This document shows positions 8,160-17,610 of a stretch of DNA of 32,000 bases, piece after piece (position 1 is the first letter of the stretch; every line of letters begins with the position of its first letter). The notes under the pieces are model-generated. The model made no database searches. It was given only the letters and a program-made list of their open reading frames with translations, and was not told the origin of the DNA. The position numbers were made by a program, and so were the translations under genes. The stretch comes from Promethearchaeum syntrophicum (GTDB lineage: Archaea > Asgardarchaeota > Lokiarchaeia > Sigyniarchaeales > Promethearchaeaceae): NCBI RefSeq assembly GCF_008000775.2, contig NZ_CP042905.2:1110001-1142000 (forward strand), read 5' to 3'.

Positions 8160-10034
8160 ATGTCATTTACAGAAAAATTGAAAAAAAATTCAGTAGGAAT
8201 TTTGTTTGCCGGACTCATGATTTTGGCAATGTTCTCTACACTCATGCAAAATGGGATACAGACTGATTGGGGGAATGTCGATGTCACTACTATTGAAATA
8301 GTGAACGAGGACGGTATTAGAGTTGTTGGCAAACTTTATCGACCTGTGGACGTTACATCGGCAAATCCTGCACCAGGTGTCATAGCCATCCATGGGTACA
8401 ACAATGATAAGGACGTTCAACGTCCGAATGCAATTGAAATGTCGAAACGAGGGCTTGTCGTTTTGGCTATTGATGTCTTAAATCACGGTGATTCGGGATA
8501 TTTGAATACCACGACTTTTGGATCCCCTGCGCCGACCGCAGCATATGAATGGCTTCGGAATCAAGCTTTTGTTAACCCGAATAAAACTGGAAGTGTTGGG
8601 CATAGTATGGGGGCATATTATACTTTTGCCCTTGGACTAGCCTATCCTGAAATTGATGTTCTCGGTTTTCAAGCTTTTGGAACCGAATTTCCTGGTTTTT
8701 ATGGCTTTGGATCGGTGGATATGTGGAAACCGACTAACCAGAGTATCATCCAAGTGTGGTCAACGATGGAAGAATATGGTCCCGAACCCAACCAAACCCA
8801 AGATGATTGGATTGAACAAAATTTACTCCAGATCGGAATCAACGCAGGGTTACCTGCCGGAACTTTAGGCGAAGAGAGCCGTATATATGGTTCATTTGAA
8901 TCAGGATTTGCGCAAGAGTATGTCATGCACCTTGGTTCTCATCCTTCACAAACGCACAGTGAGAAGGGGACCAAAGCACTTGCTTCCTTCTTTCTTCAAG
9001 GATTAACTGGAATGGATCAAGCAGCAGCCGATCTTTCGGTAGAAGAAACTACCTATGCTTGGGCTGAAATTTGGGGTTTTATAGGATTGATTTCACTTCT
9101 TATCTCGATTATTCCCTTTGCACTATTGCTCCTAAAAACCAACTTCTTTGCACCCTTGAAGCAAGAAATGCCTGCTTATGACGATCGTTTCGTAAACAAA
9201 AAAGGTATGTGGTGGCTCTATGCCAGTATAAATACAGTTCTTGGTGGGGTTTTATATATGTTCTTCACCGATAACAAGAAAAATATCTTGGATGGAGATT
9301 GGTTGAAATTGACCTTTCCCAACTTCTTTACCAGTGGCATGTCAAATAATTTTAACATGTTCTATACTATGAATTGGATTATCGCCTTAACGTTCTTGAT
9401 AGTGATGTGGTTGATTTTAGGGAAGAAGAAAGGAATGAATTTCCTCTATGATTATGGGCTTGCATTTACTGAAGAAAAAAGTAAATATGATTGGAAACGT
9501 TTGGGAAAAACTATCCTTCTCATTGTGGCTGGTTTCTTATATATGTACGCAATGGCGATATGGGCTAAAGAAATGTACAGTCTTGAATTCAGGTCTGCAT
9601 GGTCGTTCCTTAAAACCTTCACACCCGAACGATGGATTAATTTCTGGAAATATTTCCCTGCTGTCTTAGCGTTCTGGTTTGTGAACGGTGGAATGCTATT
9701 ATTTGGAGCCTTCCGACAGAAAGAATATGATAGTGAAATCAAGACAGTTCTTATCTGGTGGATTAAAGCCTTATTCGCGATGTTATTAGGACTCGCCTTG
9801 TTAAACCTCATTATGTACCTTCCATATGTTTGGGGATGGAGTGGATTATTCATGATGAACTTAGCTTACGCCCCGATGATGACCTATCAACTCTGGTCGT
9901 TCTATCCATTTGCTGCGCTGTTGATCCTTTTTGCGATCATCTTGTATCGAAAAACAGGAAAAATCTATCTTGGATCAATATTAAGTGCGGTTCTTTCGAC
10001 ATGGTTTATGGTTACCTCACAAATCATCACATAA
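8160..10034 (+). CDS. Membrane-anchored alpha/beta-hydrolase fused to a C-terminal polytopic membrane domain, function unknown
   Basis: 624 aa. An N-terminal TM helix is followed by an alpha/beta-hydrolase fold with VIAIHGYNND (HG oxyanion region) and the nucleophile elbow GHSMG. Residues about 300-624 are hydrophobic with roughly 8-9 TM helices. Confidence 0.75.
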   Translation: MSFTEKLKKNSVGILFAGLMILAMFSTLMQNGIQTDWGNVDVTTIEIVNEDGIRVVGKLYRPVDVTSANPAPGVIAIHGYNNDKDVQRPNAIEMSKRGLVVLAIDVLNHGDSGYLNTTTFGSPAPTAAYEWLRNQAFVNPNKTGSVGHSMGAYYTFALGLAYPEIDVLGFQAFGTEFPGFYGFGSVDMWKPTNQSIIQVWSTMEEYGPEPNQTQDDWIEQNLLQIGINAGLPAGTLGEESRIYGSFESGFAQEYVMHLGSHPSQTHSEKGTKALASFFLQGLTGMDQAAADLSVEETTYAWAEIWGFIGLISLLISIIPFALLLLKTNFFAPLKQEMPAYDDRFVNKKGMWWLYASINTVLGGVLYMFFTDNKKNILDGDWLKLTFPNFFTSGMSNNFNMFYTMNWIIALTFLIVMWLILGKKKGMNFLYDYGLAFTEEKSKYDWKRLGKTILLIVAGFLYMYAMAIWAKEMYSLEFRSAWSFLKTFTPERWINFWKYFPAVLAFWFVNGGMLLFGAFRQKEYDSEIKTVLIWWIKALFAMLLGLALLNLIMYLPYVWGWSGLFMMNLAYAPMMTYQLWSFYPFAALLILFAIILYRKTGKIYLGSILSAVLSTWFMVTSQIIT

Positions 10035-10074
10035 GATCAATATATTGAATTTGTGAGCGGAAAGCATTGTAACC

Positions 10075-10085
10075 TTTTTTTTTTT
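10075..10085 (+). terminator. Oligo-T tract (T11) downstream of the hydrolase gene, in a convergent intergenic region
   Basis: T11 lies at 10075-10085. An A9 run at 10131-10139 gives the equivalent T-run on the minus strand, directly after the stop of the convergent gene. Confidence 0.5.
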
Positions 10086-10139
10086 ATACTTATTTTCTTA
10101 ATTTTCAGATATTAACTTATTGAAATATATAAAAAAAAA

Positions 10140-10988
10140 TTAATTATGTTTATCAGGTTCAGCTGGTAAGGGAACTTTCTTTAGTTTTTTCATCAATAAA
10201 GGTTTAAGGAGAGAAATTCTAATCTTTTTTAGAATATAGGGTATTTTTGGCCCCAATTTCTTCAAGATTAAATATGAATCAATTAAATTTGCAATACCTT
10301 CTAATCCTGAAGGCATCATTTCCATATTGATAATTCCTTTAAATTTTATTTTCTTTAGAAATTTTTCAAATAAATCCAACGGTAATGCTCCACCTTCAGT
10401 ACCAAAAGGCCAATGAGAATCTGAAACACCATCCAATTCTGAGATGTGAATGTAATTTAGATCTAATAGAAGAACTTCAGGAATATTGAATAAATCAACT
10501 GGACCATGGGTGAGAAAACTGTGTGGAACATCAAAGCATATACCCACTTTCGCTTTGGTTTTGTTTTTTGTATCTAAATACCAAGTTTTAAAATCTCCTA
10601 ATTTTTGTCCTGGAAGATTTTCTAATAAAACAGTAATTTTAATCCGATCCAAATTTCTAATATAATATTCTTCATCTTTATCCGGATCCATAGGTGGGTG
10701 GATGACAATTCCAATAGCTCCTAATGCGGTCGCATAATTTTCAAGATTAACCAAGTATTTCTCTACTTTTTCAGACTGTTTAATCGAGCTTAAATCATAT
10801 CCCCAATCAAAATAATAAGGAGCATGAAGAATTATAGATTTTTTCTGAACTAACGGTATTACTGCTTCTATATCATCGAATGCAGTAGGATCTAATTCCA
10901 GATGTTCAAATCCTAATAAATTTGCCATTGAAATTATGTGTGATGGCTTAAGCGGTCCTAAACTTTGTATTGTTTGCCCAACTTTCAT
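10140..10988 (-). CDS. Xylose isomerase-like TIM-barrel protein (sugar phosphate isomerase/epimerase, AP-endonuclease-2 superfamily)
   Basis: 282 aa. Ordered barrel motifs: HLELD, ILHAPYY, VIHPP, LLENLPG, CFDVPHSF, IHISELDG..DSHWPFG, NMEMMP. Confidence 0.65.
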   Translation of the reverse strand: MKVGQTIQSLGPLKPSHIISMANLLGFEHLELDPTAFDDIEAVIPLVQKKSIILHAPYYFDWGYDLSSIKQSEKVEKYLVNLENYATALGAIGIVIHPPMDPDKDEEYYIRNLDRIKITVLLENLPGQKLGDFKTWYLDTKNKTKAKVGICFDVPHSFLTHGPVDLFNIPEVLLLDLNYIHISELDGVSDSHWPFGTEGGALPLDLFEKFLKKIKFKGIINMEMMPSGLEGIANLIDSYLILKKLGPKIPYILKKIRISLLKPLLMKKLKKVPLPAEPDKHN

Positions 10989-11042
10989 GATTATATGTTT
11001 TCTTTAATAAATATTATATGTTTTCTTTTTTTCCATTGATTT

Positions 11043-11585
11043 ATGATAGCGGGGAGTAATATTTGTTTGGGACCAATGAAAAAAGAGTATCTTACACAAT
11101 ATACCAAATGGATGAATGATCCAGAAATGGTTCAATATTTAGGCATGATCCAACCAATGACTCGAGAAAATGAAGAGGAGTGGTATGAAAATGCCAGAAA
11201 AAACAAAAATGCAGTATATTTTGCGATTCTTCTAATCAATGGAGATATAGAGGAATTAATTGGAAATTGTGGTGTCGATATTGACTGGAAAAATAAATTG
11301 GGAGATTTAGGAATCACTATTGGAGAAAAAGATCAATGGGGGAAGGGATATGGAACTGAAGCAATGCAACTTTTAGTTAATTATTGCTTTCATACTCTGA
11401 ATTTGCATAAAGTTAAACTTAATGTCTATGATTTCAATACTCGGGCAATTAAATCCTACAGGAAAATCGGTTTTATAAAAGAAGGAAATCATCGGAAGTC
11501 ACACTATGTAAACGGTAAATATGTAGATTTATTCGCAATGGGACTTTTAAAGGATGAATGGAAGCAAAAGAGAGAAAATGCATAA
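11043..11585 (+). CDS. GNAT family N-acetyltransferase (RimJ/RimL-like), paralogue of 4813-5385
   Basis: 180 aa. Motifs: WGKGYGTEAMQLLVNYCFHTLNLHKVKLNVYDFNTRAIKSYRKIGFIKEG and NGKYVDLFAMGLLKDEW. The motif order matches the first GNAT. Confidence 0.85.
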   Translation: MIAGSNICLGPMKKEYLTQYTKWMNDPEMVQYLGMIQPMTRENEEEWYENARKNKNAVYFAILLINGDIEELIGNCGVDIDWKNKLGDLGITIGEKDQWGKGYGTEAMQLLVNYCFHTLNLHKVKLNVYDFNTRAIKSYRKIGFIKEGNHRKSHYVNGKYVDLFAMGLLKDEWKQKRENA

Positions 11586-11602
11586 AAAAAAATTAGGATT
11601 TT

Positions 11603-12445
11603 TTATACTTTTTGAGTAATTACAACTTTTTTCAGTTGATCCTCGAATTCATCAAGTTTTTCTAAGAATATTTCAATAGCTTTGCTTAGGATCTCTTTAA
11701 TTGGGAGAGCACCTGTTGCTTCGATTGTAAAAATAAATTTATTGGGAACATAATCTACTTTTATAGCTCCTGCTGGAGCGTATTTTTCACCAGATCCTGT
11801 AAAATCTGGACCATTCCAATATTTATCTACCATTGCTAATTTTCCATCAACTTTCGTAAATAATTTAGTATGATCGTGCTTAATTACATTATCGATATCG
11901 GCTTCAGTCATTTTCGAATTATCTATCTTTACATCTGGAAAATATTTATATCCAACTGAGCATACTGGTTGGAATTTTGCATGGTCCATACCGATTCCTA
12001 ATTGAGCATAAGCCTCAAAAACTATAGAAGATTTTTTTCCCAATTTTCCGATAATGATAGTATCGCTTACCGGACGTATTTTCTCATCCATTGATTTAAG
12101 ATCCCCAGAATAAACTATAGCCTCGTTATTCTTGGTTCGAACGTCACATTCCAGTTGAACTTGACAAAGGGTACAACCTTGACCCCCACAAGAGCATTCA
12201 TCAGGAAGATTATAGTTCTTTAAATCAGTAGTTAATGGAATAAGTGCTAATCTATGTGCAATCATTTCATCGAAAAGCACGCTATCATTTTCAACAAATA
12301 AAACTTCTGTTATTGCCATAGATGGAACTTCGGTTAGGATAATTCGACGGAAAGCATTAGCCAATTCAATGCTGACACCTTCAAGAATAAATTTCATCAA
12401 ATCTTCATTTTTAGTCTGAATATGTTCAATTACTTCAATTTTCAT
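11603..12445 (-). CDS. rpoD: DNA-directed RNA polymerase subunit D (Rpo3)
   Basis: 280 aa. Motifs: ELANAFRRIILTEVPSMAI, DEMIAHRLALIPL, and the Cys cluster CSCGGQGCTLCQ as in archaeal Rpo3 and eukaryotic RPB3/AC40. There are no cysteines in the region where some archaeal D subunits bind an Fe-S cluster. Confidence 0.93.
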   Translation of the reverse strand: MKIEVIEHIQTKNEDLMKFILEGVSIELANAFRRIILTEVPSMAITEVLFVENDSVLFDEMIAHRLALIPLTTDLKNYNLPDECSCGGQGCTLCQVQLECDVRTKNNEAIVYSGDLKSMDEKIRPVSDTIIIGKLGKKSSIVFEAYAQLGIGMDHAKFQPVCSVGYKYFPDVKIDNSKMTEADIDNVIKHDHTKLFTKVDGKLAMVDKYWNGPDFTGSGEKYAPAGAIKVDYVPNKFIFTIEATGALPIKEILSKAIEIFLEKLDEFEDQLKKVVITQKV

Positions 12446-12599
12446 TTTAACACCAGTTCTTTGCTAGTTAGAAAAATTCAGCATAAAATTTATGTTTTGC
12501 GAATTACTAAGATTTCTGAAAATTTAGGAAACTTTCCTTTACCTAGTTGCCGAAAATTCTTAGGAAAATTAAAATAGTTCATAATTTCCAAATAGATTA

Positions 12600-13373
12600 A
12601 TGAAGATTATTTTTGATAGTAAATATTTGGAAGAATACGATCATACTCCTGCAGGGGAAGCGGGTCGACTTGAGCCCGCTTTAAAAGCTTTAAAAGCTGA
12701 TCCGCAGTACATTTTTATAAATCCTAAACCTGCACCAATAGTAGCAATAGAAAGAGCTCATTCTATCAACCATATAAAAAATATTAAAAAAGAAAATCAT
12801 AGTTTTAAAAATAAATTGTTCGATATCGCTAGATTGGCGGCGGGTGGTTCAATTTTATGTGCAAATATCGCAAAAAATGGAAATCCTGCCTTTGGTCTAA
12901 TTCGTCCTCCGGGTCATCATGCTTCATACGATTCTTGTTGGGGATTTTGTTATTTCAATAATATTGCTGTCTCCTTACTTCATCTTCGTGAAACCAGTGG
13001 ATGTAAACGCGCATTTATCTTAGATTTTGATCTTCATGTGGGGGATGGGAATATAAATATATTGGAACCCCTTAAAGATTATGAAATTTTAAATCCTCAC
13101 GCGAATAATGAGGAAAGTTATTTAAAAATTGTCAAAAATAAATTAGATAATGCGCGTGATTGTGATATTATTGTCGCTTCTGCAGGTTTTGATCAAGGAA
13201 TTGATGATTGGGGTAGACTTTTGAGCCCAGATGCGTATTTTCAAATAGGAACAATGATGAAAGAATTTGCAGAAAAAAGATGCAATGGAAGAAGATATGC
13301 ACTACTCGAAGGGGGCTATAATTTTAAGAAAATGGCAATTAACATTAAATCCTTTTGTGAAGGGTTTAGGTAA
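12600..13373 (+). CDS. Histone deacetylase / acetoin-utilisation / acetylpolyamine amidohydrolase family protein (compact, 257 aa)
   Basis: Active-site motifs appear in order: RPPGHHA, DFDLHVGDGN, SAGFDQGIDD, EGGY. Confidence 0.85.
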   Translation: MKIIFDSKYLEEYDHTPAGEAGRLEPALKALKADPQYIFINPKPAPIVAIERAHSINHIKNIKKENHSFKNKLFDIARLAAGGSILCANIAKNGNPAFGLIRPPGHHASYDSCWGFCYFNNIAVSLLHLRETSGCKRAFILDFDLHVGDGNINILEPLKDYEILNPHANNEESYLKIVKNKLDNARDCDIIVASAGFDQGIDDWGRLLSPDAYFQIGTMMKEFAEKRCNGRRYALLEGGYNFKKMAINIKSFCEGFR

Positions 13374-13377
13374 ACTT

Positions 13378-13971
13378 CTAGATTTTTATGCTTTTCCATG
13401 CAATTTCGCTGGCTTGGTTAATTAAATTATCATCCATCTTGATTCCTGCTTCAAAATTAACCTTTAGCAGTGAAATTATTGGCATAAACGCAAAAGCTGT
13501 TAAAAATGGTAATGGTAATTCCTTTATGGATTTTTCTTTAATCCCTCGTTGAAGTAGATTAGTAATATATTTAAATAATTCAAAGTTTTCTTGACGAATC
13601 TTCTTCATCATGGATGTGCGTTCAAAATACTCTCGATAAATTAAAAAATCATTATGAGCAAGAGCATAGGTAAAAAAATTATGCCATATTAATTTAAATT
13701 GTTCTTTAATAGACTTAGCATCATCTAATCCTTGTAGAGCAGCTTGACTAATTTTTTTCCTGATATTAAGATAAATTTTTGTTAATAAATCTTCTTTGTT
13801 TTCAAAATAGATATAAATGGTTGCTGGAGATGTTTTCGCTTCATGAGCAATTTTTGCTATTGAGATTCCAGAAAATCCGAGCTCATTTATTAGTTGAATA
13901 GATGTCTGAACAATTGCGTTGTATTTTTTTTGATCTCTAATTCTCATTCTAATAAATAAATAAATACTCAC
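13378..13971 (-). CDS. TetR/AcrR family transcriptional regulator
   Basis: 197 aa. The N-terminal HTH reads GFSGISIAKIAHEAKTSPATIYIYFENKEDLL, followed by a helical C-terminal ligand domain. It is divergent from the MBL hydrolase gene. Confidence 0.88.
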   Translation of the reverse strand: MSIYLFIRMRIRDQKKYNAIVQTSIQLINELGFSGISIAKIAHEAKTSPATIYIYFENKEDLLTKIYLNIRKKISQAALQGLDDAKSIKEQFKLIWHNFFTYALAHNDFLIYREYFERTSMMKKIRQENFELFKYITNLLQRGIKEKSIKELPLPFLTAFAFMPIISLLKVNFEAGIKMDDNLINQASEIAWKSIKI

Positions 13972-14108
13972 TTATTAAAATTTATCTGGTCCTAAACGAA
14001 GTGTAGGTAAATATAAGTACATATTTTAATTTCAAAAAATATATAAATGAATGTTCACTTATTATTAATAATAAAAAATAAACATCCATATATATAAGGT
14101 GAATAGAG

Positions 14109-14828
14109 ATGTCAAAAAAAAAAAGAACGAGAAACAATTATATATTTGATGATATACCTGAAAACTTAACCATAATTGATTTAGTTGACGTAAATTGCTA
14201 TCTTTTAAAAAATAAAATTGGATATATCCTGATTGATAGTGGAATGCCGAAAAATAGAGCTGAAGTTGAAAAAAGAATAATTCAAGCGGGTTGTAATTAC
14301 GGTGATTTAAAGATAATCCTCTTAACTCATGGAGATTTTGATCATACCGGAACCTGTGCTTATCTTAGGACAAAATTTGATTCAAAAATAGCCATGCATT
14401 TTGATGATTCAGGTATGGTGGAATTTGGTGATTTCTCCTGGAATCGGAATATTGGTTTCCTTATGAAAATACTTGGGAAAATGATGATCAAAATATATGG
14501 ACTGAGTTTAAAGGAAAAAGATCGATTTAAACCCGATATCTATATTAGAGATGGGCAATCTCTTACCGATTTTGGTTTTAATGCAACTGTTTATTCTATT
14601 CCTGGACATTCAAAGGGATCGATTGGATTTTTAGATACTGAAGGAAATTTCTTTTGTGGGGACTTGCTTATGAATAAAGATAAACCTGCTAAATTTGAAA
14701 TGATTGTAAATTCTGATGATTTTGAGAATAGTATTAAAAATCTAAGAACTTTAGATATAAAAGTTGTCTACCCAGGACATGGAAAACCATTCTTAATAAA
14801 AAATTTTTTTGATTTATACTGTAAATAA
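14109..14828 (+). CDS. MBL-fold metallo-hydrolase
   Basis: 239 aa. It has the metallo-beta-lactamase motif LLTHGDFDHTG, then later IPGHSKGS and PGHG. Confidence 0.85.
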   Translation: MSKKKRTRNNYIFDDIPENLTIIDLVDVNCYLLKNKIGYILIDSGMPKNRAEVEKRIIQAGCNYGDLKIILLTHGDFDHTGTCAYLRTKFDSKIAMHFDDSGMVEFGDFSWNRNIGFLMKILGKMMIKIYGLSLKEKDRFKPDIYIRDGQSLTDFGFNATVYSIPGHSKGSIGFLDTEGNFFCGDLLMNKDKPAKFEMIVNSDDFENSIKNLRTLDIKVVYPGHGKPFLIKNFFDLYCK

Positions 14829-14926
14829 AATCAAAGAAGTAAACTCTTCAAATTTAAACTTTAAAACAATTAGGAATAAAAATTTAATTTTCAATGAAGA
14901 TTTGAAGAAATATTAAAAAAAAATTC

Positions 14927-14958
14927 ATAATGATTGCGAGAGTTCCCGAAATCATTAT
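14927..14958. terminator. Perfect 9-bp inverted repeat (14-nt loop) between the convergent MBL and uS9 genes
   Basis: ATAATGATT (14927-14935), loop gcgagagttcccga, AATCATTAT (14950-14958). Bidirectional terminator function is inferred from position. Confidence 0.4.
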
Positions 14959-14990
14959 TCAACAGAACAATTATTCTAATTACTTGATAA

Positions 14991-15392
14991 TTATCGATAA
15001 CTTTTCTGGAATCTGGCTCTGGCTTTTCGGCCACCCCATTTCTTTCTCTCTACTTGTCGGGAATCACCAGATAACATACTTCTATCATACGCTTTAATAT
15101 TTTTTACTACAGTCTTTTTCTTAAGGAATTGTGTGATAGCTCTGCTCAAAGCAATTCGAGCCGCGTCGATTTGACCCAAGGAACCTCCTCCGCTAACTTT
15201 AACATCAATATTGACAGTTTTAAGTTTTTCATCATGTACAATGATTAGAAGTTCTTCAATCTTCATTTTTGCGAGTTGAGGAGTTAATTTTGGAACCGGA
15301 ACACCATTAATTCTTATCACACCTGTTCCCGGTTTTACAGTAGCGCGAGCAATTGCACGTTTTCGTTTTCCACTTGTTTGTATTATTTTCAT
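14991..15392 (-). CDS. rps9: 30S ribosomal protein S9 (uS9)
   Basis: 133 aa. Motifs: GKRKRAIARA, GGGSLGQIDAARIALSRA and the C-terminal ARFQKSYR. Confidence 0.95.
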   Translation of the reverse strand: MKIIQTSGKRKRAIARATVKPGTGVIRINGVPVPKLTPQLAKMKIEELLIIVHDEKLKTVNIDVKVSGGGSLGQIDAARIALSRAITQFLKKKTVVKNIKAYDRSMLSGDSRQVERKKWGGRKARARFQKSYR

Positions 15393-15415
15393 TTTATTTT
15401 CACCTTATTTCTCCT

Positions 15416-15901
15416 TTAGATGAAATGTTTCCGGCTCTCTCCGGACCATCCCATATTTGAACAAACATCAGCAATCGTTACATATTTTCTACTGAGTCGC
15501 TCTGCTGAAGCATTTTGAAATACAATCGGTTCACTATCTAAATATTTATTCTTTTTTGCTTTAGGAATCCCTGCGATATAAACATGAACACGATGAAATG
15601 CATCTCTTCCACGTTGATTTTTCGGTAACATAAAGCGAATTTTTTGCCTAAGGAATGTGTCAGGTCTGCTTGAATGGAAAGGACCTCTCCTTGGATTCGA
15701 TAAATTTCTTATATCTCGGCGTAAATGTACATATTTTGCCAGAACCATGTTCCTTCGTCCAGAAATAACACAATCTTTTGAATTAATTATAACTACATGT
15801 TCGCCTAATAAAATATATTTAGCGATCTGTGAGCACAATCGCCCCATAATTTGTTCTGAGGCGTCTACTAATTTCCAATTTATTTTTGCCATTTTTTTCA
15901 C
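15416..15901 (-). CDS. rpl13: 50S ribosomal protein L13 (uL13)
   Basis: 161 aa with the motif MGRLCSQIAKYILLGEHVVIINSKDCVISG. It lies 23 nt upstream of uS9 on the same strand. The start may be the internal Met (MAKINW). Confidence 0.93.
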   Translation of the reverse strand: MKKMAKINWKLVDASEQIMGRLCSQIAKYILLGEHVVIINSKDCVISGRRNMVLAKYVHLRRDIRNLSNPRRGPFHSSRPDTFLRQKIRFMLPKNQRGRDAFHRVHVYIAGIPKAKKNKYLDSEPIVFQNASAERLSRKYVTIADVCSNMGWSGESRKHFI

Positions 15902-15913
15902 TGCTCATATAAT

Positions 15914-16267
15914 TTATACAATAATTCTTACTCCTTTTCCTGAAGGGTATTTTTTTACTAATTCTTCAATTGATATTCGTTTGCTCTCAGACGCTTCCAG
16001 CTTCTTCGCAGCCGATTTTGAAATGGCATAACAAGCAATAGTGATTTTCTTATCCAAAGCACCGTTTGCAAGAATTTTGCCCGGTACAATTATTACATCA
16101 CCATTTTTTGCTATTCTAGATAAATCGCCAAGATTTTTCTCGACTCGATTTTTCTGTGGCGCCATCAATCGTTTGGATACATCACGCCAAATTGGCCGTT
16201 TGGTTTTCCATAATTTCCGAGCTAGCATACGTTTTTGAACGTTACTCGGACCTGTTGGTGTCGTCAT
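15914..16267 (-). CDS. rpl18e: 50S ribosomal protein L18e (eL18)
   Basis: 117 aa. Motifs: KTKRPIWRDVSKRL, NLGDLSRIAKNGDVIIVPGKILANG. It lies 12 nt upstream of uL13. Confidence 0.9.
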   Translation of the reverse strand: MTTPTGPSNVQKRMLARKLWKTKRPIWRDVSKRLMAPQKNRVEKNLGDLSRIAKNGDVIIVPGKILANGALDKKITIACYAISKSAAKKLEASESKRISIEELVKKYPSGKGVRIIV

Positions 16268-16453
16268 TTTAAAAACCTAATTATTTTTGGAGTTAATCAT
16301 TGATATGATTCTCCTAATTTTTTAAAAATGGCATAATATTAATTTTTTTTCATTTTCTTTGTCATTTGTCCCTTACGTTAGAATTGTTGTAGGAAAAGAA
16401 TTAAAAGATAATTTCAAGATAATTAAAATAGAAAAAAGAATGAGGATTATTTT

Positions 16454-16765
16454 ATGAGTAAAATTAAAATCACAGTCATTAAAAAATTCAGCCCGGAAGA
16501 TGTTATTGGAGAACCTTTCATACGCCCTAATGGATTACCAATTGAAATATGTTCGTTGGAAGAAGGCAAGGAATTTTGGCTCAATGATTCAATGGATATG
16601 CCAGAAGGTTTTTGCCATCATGCTTGGTTCGGATTGTATAAAAATATCTCTATTCTTATGTATGGCGGAGGTTTTCCTACATGGACAGGGAAGGATATGA
16701 TTTATACTGCATGTCCTGACGGAATTCGACCAGTTTGTTTCAAAATTGAACGTATTGAAGAATAA
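16454..16765 (+). CDS. TIGR04076-like small Cys/His-containing protein
   Basis: 103 aa. KITVIKKF, PEGFCHHAWFGLYKNISILMYGGGFPTW and ACPDGIRPVCFKIERIE match my recollection of the TIGR04076 family pattern. This is unverified. Confidence 0.6.
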   Translation: MSKIKITVIKKFSPEDVIGEPFIRPNGLPIEICSLEEGKEFWLNDSMDMPEGFCHHAWFGLYKNISILMYGGGFPTWTGKDMIYTACPDGIRPVCFKIERIEE

Positions 16766-16824
16766 ATTCGCTCAATAATACATTTAAAATTTTGAAGTTG
16801 GTTCATCTCATTTTTTCCGCTGAT

Positions 16825-17340
16825 TTATTTAATATTTTTCGTTTTTAACATCAAGCTTGCAAGTATTGTCAATCCTCCTGCAATGACTTGTAAATACATA
16901 GAAAAACTAGGCATAAAATAGTTTTCTCCCCCAAAAGAGCCCCAATAAGTAGGATACCCTCTCCCTAAAGTGTAAATGATTTGCCACATGACTGCGAGCA
17001 AGATTGGGGTTATAATCATTAGTATTCCTCCAATAAAGGAAATTTTACTATTAAATTCATCTTCTTGCACAACTTTTATTGAAGCTCTCAAAATTAAACC
17101 CGAACTTAACAAGATTATAATCATTGAAGATAGAGCGGGGATTAAAAATTCTACTTCTGTATTAAAAGTAATATCAACTTCACTTGAACTTAATCCGAAC
17201 GTAAGAGTAAATCCCCATAACCAAAATTGATACAAATAATTCGGACTAACGTGATATATCACGGGAGTAAAAACTGATAAAAAACCTATAACAGCAGCCG
17301 ATAAAAGGATAATTTTATGAATTCTCATATTTTTCACCAA
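16825..17340 (-). CDS. Hypothetical integral membrane protein (about 4-5 TM helices)
   Basis: 171-aa ORF that is hydrophobic throughout. I see no recognisable family motif. Confidence 0.6.
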   Translation of the reverse strand: MVKNMRIHKIILLSAAVIGFLSVFTPVIYHVSPNYLYQFWLWGFTLTFGLSSSEVDITFNTEVEFLIPALSSMIIILLSSGLILRASIKVVQEDEFNSKISFIGGILMIITPILLAVMWQIIYTLGRGYPTYWGSFGGENYFMPSFSMYLQVIAGGLTILASLMLKTKNIK

Positions 17341-17586
17341 TTTCTTGATTTAATTATGAATGCACGAAAATTAAATCATTACATGTTTATTGAATTATAT
17401 CAAAATTTCAACGAATATCTTGTAGATGCAGATCATAGTGATTTAGAAAGAAGAGATTATCTTAATCGCTTAGTTCACACCGCAAACCCATCACTTCCTG
17501 AAGCACTAAACCTCGACCGGCTTACAAGATGGTTTTCCATTCCATTCGAATTATTAGCTAAAGCCAACAACTTGTTTTCTGCATAA
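17317..17586 (+). CDS. Hypothetical small protein (start more likely ATG 17356)
   Basis: 89-aa ORF. The first 13 codons overlap the divergent membrane gene, and the in-frame ATG at 17356 would give 76 aa. It shares the C-rich, G-poor coding strand of the next two genes. Only 24 nt separate it from the next ORF. Confidence 0.45.
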   Translation: MNSHIFHQFLDLIMNARKLNHYMFIELYQNFNEYLVDADHSDLERRDYLNRLVHTANPSLPEALNLDRLTRWFSIPFELLAKANNLFSA

Positions 17587-17610
17587 GCTAACAATGTAAA
17601 ATTCTCAGAT

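Noticed and set aside
9452-9853. 133-aa minus-strand ORF inside the hydrolase gene, and a similar 128-aa plus-strand ORF at 22600-22986 inside aroA
   Set aside because: Both lie antisense to long, motif-supported genes and have no independent support.
15657-16031. 124-aa plus-strand ORF
   Set aside because: It lies antisense across the uL13/eL18 ribosomal protein genes, which have unambiguous family motifs. It is a shadow ORF.
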